Source: Adineta vaga (Eukaryota > Animalia > Rotifera). Taken from it: a stretch of 64,000 nt of DNA. Position 1 is the stretch's first letter. Each line of letters begins with the position of its first letter. The notes beneath the pieces were generated by a model, which was not told the origin of the DNA, did not search any database, and saw only the letters and a list, made by a program, of their open reading frames with translations. The stretch lies in NCBI GenBank assembly GCA_021613535.1, contig CP075495.1, positions 1,798,001-1,862,000 on the forward strand, in the 5' to 3' direction. The translations under genes and the position numbers were made by a program. Shown piece after piece: positions 58,703-64,000 of this stretch.

Positions 58703-61700
58703 TCATTGAGATAACACAGTTGCTGTTTCATCTAAACATAGACTAAGTTCTCGAAAAGAAGGTCGATCTAAACTTGACCATGATAAGCAACGTTCAATTA
58801 ACGCATAAAGACGATCATTGCATAGAGTTGGACGTGGAAAATGCGTAGCAAAACAAAGTACAGATGGTTCAATTCCATTTTGTTTCGAATTTGACCAAAC
58901 ATCACGAAAAAATTGAAGAACTTCATCATCATGAAGATTATTATATGGAATATATAATCCCAAATGAAATAATTCAAAAAGAAGTGTACCAAACATAAAA
59001 ATTGTCGTTTGAATTGACCAATTTTCATCCTAAATGAAGAATAAAACATGTATTTTTATTTTATTCATCTAAAAAATCGATTTACTCCTGTAATAATATC
59101 ACCCGGTAACCAACGAATAGGAATTTGTTGAACATATCGTGAACTATATCGATCATCTTTTTTAGCATAATCAGATAATTTTATCGTCTGATTATCAAAT
59201 AGAAGACAATTTGGTAATGTTAAATCACGAATAATAATTTTTAATGATTCAACATGAACTAAAGCAGATACAATTTGATTGAGATATTCCATTAAAGTTC
59301 TATAGCAAAAAAGAACCCAAGCAAATGAATATCAATTCAATAGACATTCTCCATTATTATCTTACGTTAATGTACTACTATTTTCTGTTAATAATGTTTG
59401 ACAATGTTCGAAAAGATTGATTTGACTAAATTCACTAACAAGAAAACATCGTTCTGGTGAAACATTAACATAACCCAAACAAGTCACAATATTTGCATGA
59501 TTAATCGATTTTGCTAAATTAAAAAGTCTAAATTGAAAGATAAAAATCGAATGTATGAACTTGTTTTTTTTGCAATTGAAAATATACTCATTTTTTTCTT
59601 CTTCCAAAAGAATAACAGATAATTTATTTGAACCATATTCACTATAGAAACACTAAATTAAATGAATATAAAAGGAAAGAAATGAGAAATGAAAATCTAT
59701 TTGCAATACTTCATGATGATTTTGTACACCAAGATTTTGTATAATGATAATATCACTTGAATCAATTTCTGGAAAACATTCAGTTAGTGATGCAATGTTC
59801 GAAACTGAACAACGAGATGCAGCAGACTAGTTAAAAGAAGATTTAGTTATTTTTCTCGAACATGAAAAATCTACTTGTCGATAAGAAGGCAATGTACGAA
59901 TCGTTGCTTTCGCACTTTCATTAATGATCTTTTCAGCATTGATATATTCTAAGCAATTGGATATAACAACATCATTATCTGAAATCAATCATGAGAATTA
60001 GATGAAAAGAAAATTTGAATTTACTTTCAAGTTCAGAATAAACATCGCCTTGAGAATGACTAGGAAATAATATGATTATAATCGAAGATTAGAACATATT
60101 AACATACTTTTGAGTATTATCATCATCGGTTGTCGTTGTAACTGATGTTAAACTTCGAACAATTTCTGCTACTATTGTTCTTTAACATTCTTTATGTGAG
60201 AAAAATTTCAATTTTAAAAGAAATATTCACTTACTTCGGATCTTCTTTTTGCTTTCGTGTAAATATACATGAAATACATAGAAATATTGCTAAGACACCA
60301 CAGATAACAATAATAAACAGTAAGATATGTAATAATTTTCCATAAACTAAATGAAACATGTATAAATCTCGTTCGAATTCGTTAGAAAATTTCTTACGTT
60401 TAATATCATCTGGAATTGAATGTAATGCTATAGTTTCTAATCGCCGAAGATTATTTTCAATATAAATCGATGATGGAACAATATCATCATCATCATTATT
60501 TTCATTTCGATTATGAAAGGTTACTTCACTAAGTGCTAAACCTTCTTTTATATTGATCTGTATGATTACAAATTGACCTTTTGTTTTCGCAACAGTAAGG
60601 ATTAAATGTGTTATTGTTGTATTATCAAGATGTTGACTATTTTCAATTTCAAGTGATTGAAATCGATTAGTCCAAATGTTATTCGATGAAACAATATCTA
60701 ATATTCCAACATTTATCTTTACTGTACAACTGGAAGATAAATGTATCGAACATTTAAGATCCAGATTAATTGAATGAAATTCTTTGATAGAATCAAATGC
60801 GAAAAGAAGTAAAATTGGTTCGGATGATGGTGACCAACGAAGAAATTGATAGGTATCACCATCATTTAATATACCTAAACCACCTGAAACAAATAGAAAA
60901 GAGAGAGAGAGAGAGAGATCGTTTTTTATTTGAAAAGTTTCCGCATACCTCGAACGGTAGTATTGGTGATTAAACCATCGTATTTTACATCGGAATTAAT
61001 AATGGATTTTTGAGAAAAACGTGTCGAAATCAATCCACCTAATGAGAAATATGATTTTGTTTTGTTTTGACGAAATGAAATTACTTTGAGATGAACAACC
61101 GAAGAGTTGAATATTTGCACATATCGATAATGCTGATGTAATAAAGATAAGTCGAACTTGTCGTGCAATAATTGATGGTAGAAATGTACGTGTTCGATTG
61201 GAATTATCATTATCATTAAAAACTAATCGACGTCGTTCAATAAATAACTAATAGAAGAAAATGAAAATTTAGAAAATTGATTTTCGCTTTACATATCAAA
61301 ACCTTTCGTTGTCGACGTAGACCATACGCTCGCCAAGGTCCATCTTGTGTTCGTCGATATTCTAAATAATATGAACCTTTCTTCTAAAAAAGACAATATT
61401 CATTTTTTTTCTCAACAATTTTGTTTTCCTATTGACATACAGAATTCTTTTCATCATTATCATCAGGATATTGAACAAATATTCCAGTTAATTGCGTTAA
61501 TGATAACATTTCTAATTGTATAATTGGTGATGAACTTTGTCCTCCAATATGTACTGAACATGATGAACAATACAAGGAAGATTTCTGTTGTCGACTATTG
61601 AGACGAATTGGTTCATTACATATGTTCCCTTGTGCTAGAAATGAAAGATCTTTGTTCTAATTATTTCCCAAAAGATCATCTTTTTTTTCTCTCTAAATAT

Positions 61701-61749
61701 TACTTATTAATGGTAATGAAAATAACAGAAGACGAGTGATGAAACCCAT
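58703..61749 (-). CDS. Discoidin-domain receptor (DDR)-like protein with degenerate kinase domain
   Basis: Signal peptide; discoidin end FLPSIIARQVRL...IQLFGC; DS-like YDG...GGLGILNDG; TM LLHILLFIIVICGVLAIFLCISC; kinase fold with IPIRW, FGTLLFE, RPSFREL. Confidence 0.75.
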
Positions 61750-62401
61750 CGATGTTGAATCAATCACTTGTATATGTAAATGTACTCTTCACATAATATT
61801 AAAGTGTGAAACAGAAGAAGAAAAAAAACACGAAACAACAAACCATCACCTGTTTGTTATATTTGATTCACCTCTTCTCATGGCCTCTTCACATTGACAT
61901 TGAACCTTGTTATTTCATCATCGTATCAAATTGATATTAATTCCAAATGTTCTTCGTCGTTTTCTTTTCTTTTCTTGCAATCATGTTCATGACTATTTCA
62001 TCATTGCTTGATTTGACTTAAAGGAAATTTATGATTTAATTGATTTTACTTCACTTACTCATATACGAATGTCTGACCTTCATTCAACATTTTCTTTTTT
62101 TTTCTTCATTGATTATGTATACAAACATTTACCATACGATAACATAGTAATTACTCGAAGGAGATATGAGCAATTAGAACAATTTTAATGTCCACATATA
62201 TATCGAACTATTTCGAAAGACATTGTATCGCCATTAAGGTTATCAAATGTAGCAGAACTAAACATGGACATCAACGTCATCAAGAGAACAAAACATATAT
62301 CTATGAACCCTCGAGATAGACAGACAAGGTTGATGAAGTTTTAGATTACATATGAATATTGATTGTAATAAAAAAAGAAAAGAAAAAGATGAACTAGACA
62401 A

Positions 62402-63493
62402 TTAAAAGAAATTCTCGGAACATTCGTCAGTATATGTGTGAGAATAGGGTGACCATCGTGATGAAATTGAAAAAGCTGGAGCTTTTCGTAGAAGATTTTC
62501 ATACTACAAGAAAAAATGATACTTTATTTTTCATACGATCGAATTTGATTTCATTCACTCCTTTATCTAATGTTCCTCTCTCAATCATAGCTGGTCCAGG
62601 TCCTGATAATGCCAATTGTTTTTCACGATATCTTGGTGCGATAGTTACACCACGAGCAGTACATGTGTCTTTTCCGTCATTTTTTGTATTGATTATTGGA
62701 TACATAGCTGGACCAGGAAGGGCTATTCCTGGTGATTTGTTAGCTGAAAAAATGTTTTCAATATGAAATTATATCGATAGAATATATACAAACATATAAG
62801 ATTCAATCGATGATGAATTGTTGATACAGGAGCAGTGGGTAGACGAGAATCATATGTACGAGTACCAATTGTTGACCAAAATGATTTCATATCCGAAAGA
62901 TTTCTTTTCTTTTCACTTGTATCGGCTTCATGTCGTTCACGTTTTAATGTAGAACCGATTAATGGATGCAAACGTACATGTGGTTGCCGTCTATAGATAT
63001 ATTCTTCTCCAATTCGATCGTAATTTTTATATTGTTGATAAGTTGTCGGTCCAGGTTCTGCGGAAAAAATGAAATATTTATACATTAAGAATCGATTCAT
63101 TTCAATACTTCGTTGTGATATTGATAAAGGTATTTTCGATGGATTGATTTTATGTGGAAGAAAAGATATGGGTAATTTTGTTCTGTCACTACCATTTCTT
63201 GTTAAATAACTTAAATCAGCATTAGTCGCTATTTTCGGATTGAATTTCACTTGTTCACTCTTTTCTGCAATACGTTGTTCCTTTCTTTCATATTGTGGGG
63301 TTACCAATGGTTGATTGGTTTTCCCACTGATACTTATTGCTGGTGCCCAATGAATACGAAGATCACGTAGACGACTTTCTGGACTACCATTTGTTGGCGG
63401 AATGCCAATAGTTGATGGAAGAAGAATTTTACCCGGTGATGGATTAAATTCATGACTTTTTTTCAATACTTTATCAATCTTTTTATTTGCCAT
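62402..63493 (-). CDS. ODF3/SHIPPO-repeat ciliary protein-like
   Basis: Repeated PSPG/PGP motifs (PSPGKILLPSTIG, EPGPTTY, PGPAMY, GPGPA) and APA(F/I)SIS motifs; last exon YENLLRKAPAFSISSRWSPY. Confidence 0.65.
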
Positions 63494-63830
63494 ATTGAAA
63501 TATTTACTAAGGCGCGAATATTTCGCCCGAATAGAAAAATACTTAGTGAGCTTCTTTTTCGTGTAGGTATGTCTTGATAATATTTTTATTTTTTTAACAA
63601 GAAAGAAACAACAAGATAGCACAGAAAAGAATGGACAATGACATGGACATACAGAAGGAAAATGAAGTGAGACAATTTCCATAGTACACATAACAATCTA
63701 CTACGAGCACATCAGCGAAATGAATTGAAGGAAAGTTTCTCTTTTTTTTACGAATATCCATTGAAATAAGACTTTGTTAATCTTAAAGAATACTTCTCAT
63801 TTGTTGTTCTTGGTTATACTAGTATCAAAA

Positions 63831-63950
63831 GAAGAAGAAGAAGAAGAAGAAAACGAAAACATTTAACAAATTTCCAGACTTCCATACACACAGGTTTTTG
63901 TTGGCAAGAAAGAAGAAGAAGAAGAAGAAGAAGAAGAAAAAACGAAAACA
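63831..63950 (+). repeat. Two (GAA)n microsatellites each followed by AAAACGAAAACA
   Basis: Direct duplication visible at about 63831-63861 and 63912-63950. Confidence 0.8.
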
Positions 63951-64000
63951 AAAATGTTGAGAAAATTGTCTTTCAACCAATACGATCGAATCATTTAATG

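Noticed and set aside
55670-61749. Phosphonate biosynthetic gene cluster around PEPM
   Set aside because: Neighbours are an ankyrin protein and a DDR-like receptor; no decarboxylase, transaminase or cytidylyltransferase is present in the window.

Overview
AT-rich, gene-dense eukaryotic (animal) genomic DNA with many short GT-AG introns (mostly about 50-65 bp) and short intergenic gaps. This style, together with intron-containing foreign-looking genes, is typical of a bdelloid rotifer (inference, not proven). About 26 spliced protein-coding genes can be reconstructed: PACRG-like, GT10 fucosyltransferase, 6PGD, a 55-aa secreted Gly/Tyr/Trp-rich peptide missed by the ORF track, SCYL3, EDEM2, PEX3, EIPR1/TSSC1, an MIT-domain protein, MED15, TUT4/7, CEP128, two inverted GH29 fucosidases, a PLDc_N-type small membrane protein, Groucho/TLE, a CSK-like kinase, a UNC-93-like MFS protein, an MS4A-like protein, an orphan 7TM receptor, an ankyrin protein, PEP mutase, a DDR-like pseudokinase and an ODF3-like protein, plus orphans. 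The most notable items are: (1) an intact PEP mutase (C-P bond/phosphonate synthesis) with a mitochondrial-type presequence; (2) an NLP-29-like, probably amidated Gly/Tyr-rich peptide gene with a 7-nt micro-exon; (3) an inverted pair of non-animal-type GH29 genes with exon-limited near-identical tracts (gene conversion) and an altered KHHDGF motif; (4) an SH3-less CSK lacking the catalytic-loop Arg, and a kinase-dead DDR. All gene identities come from recalled family motifs, with no database search, and exon boundaries were read by eye.
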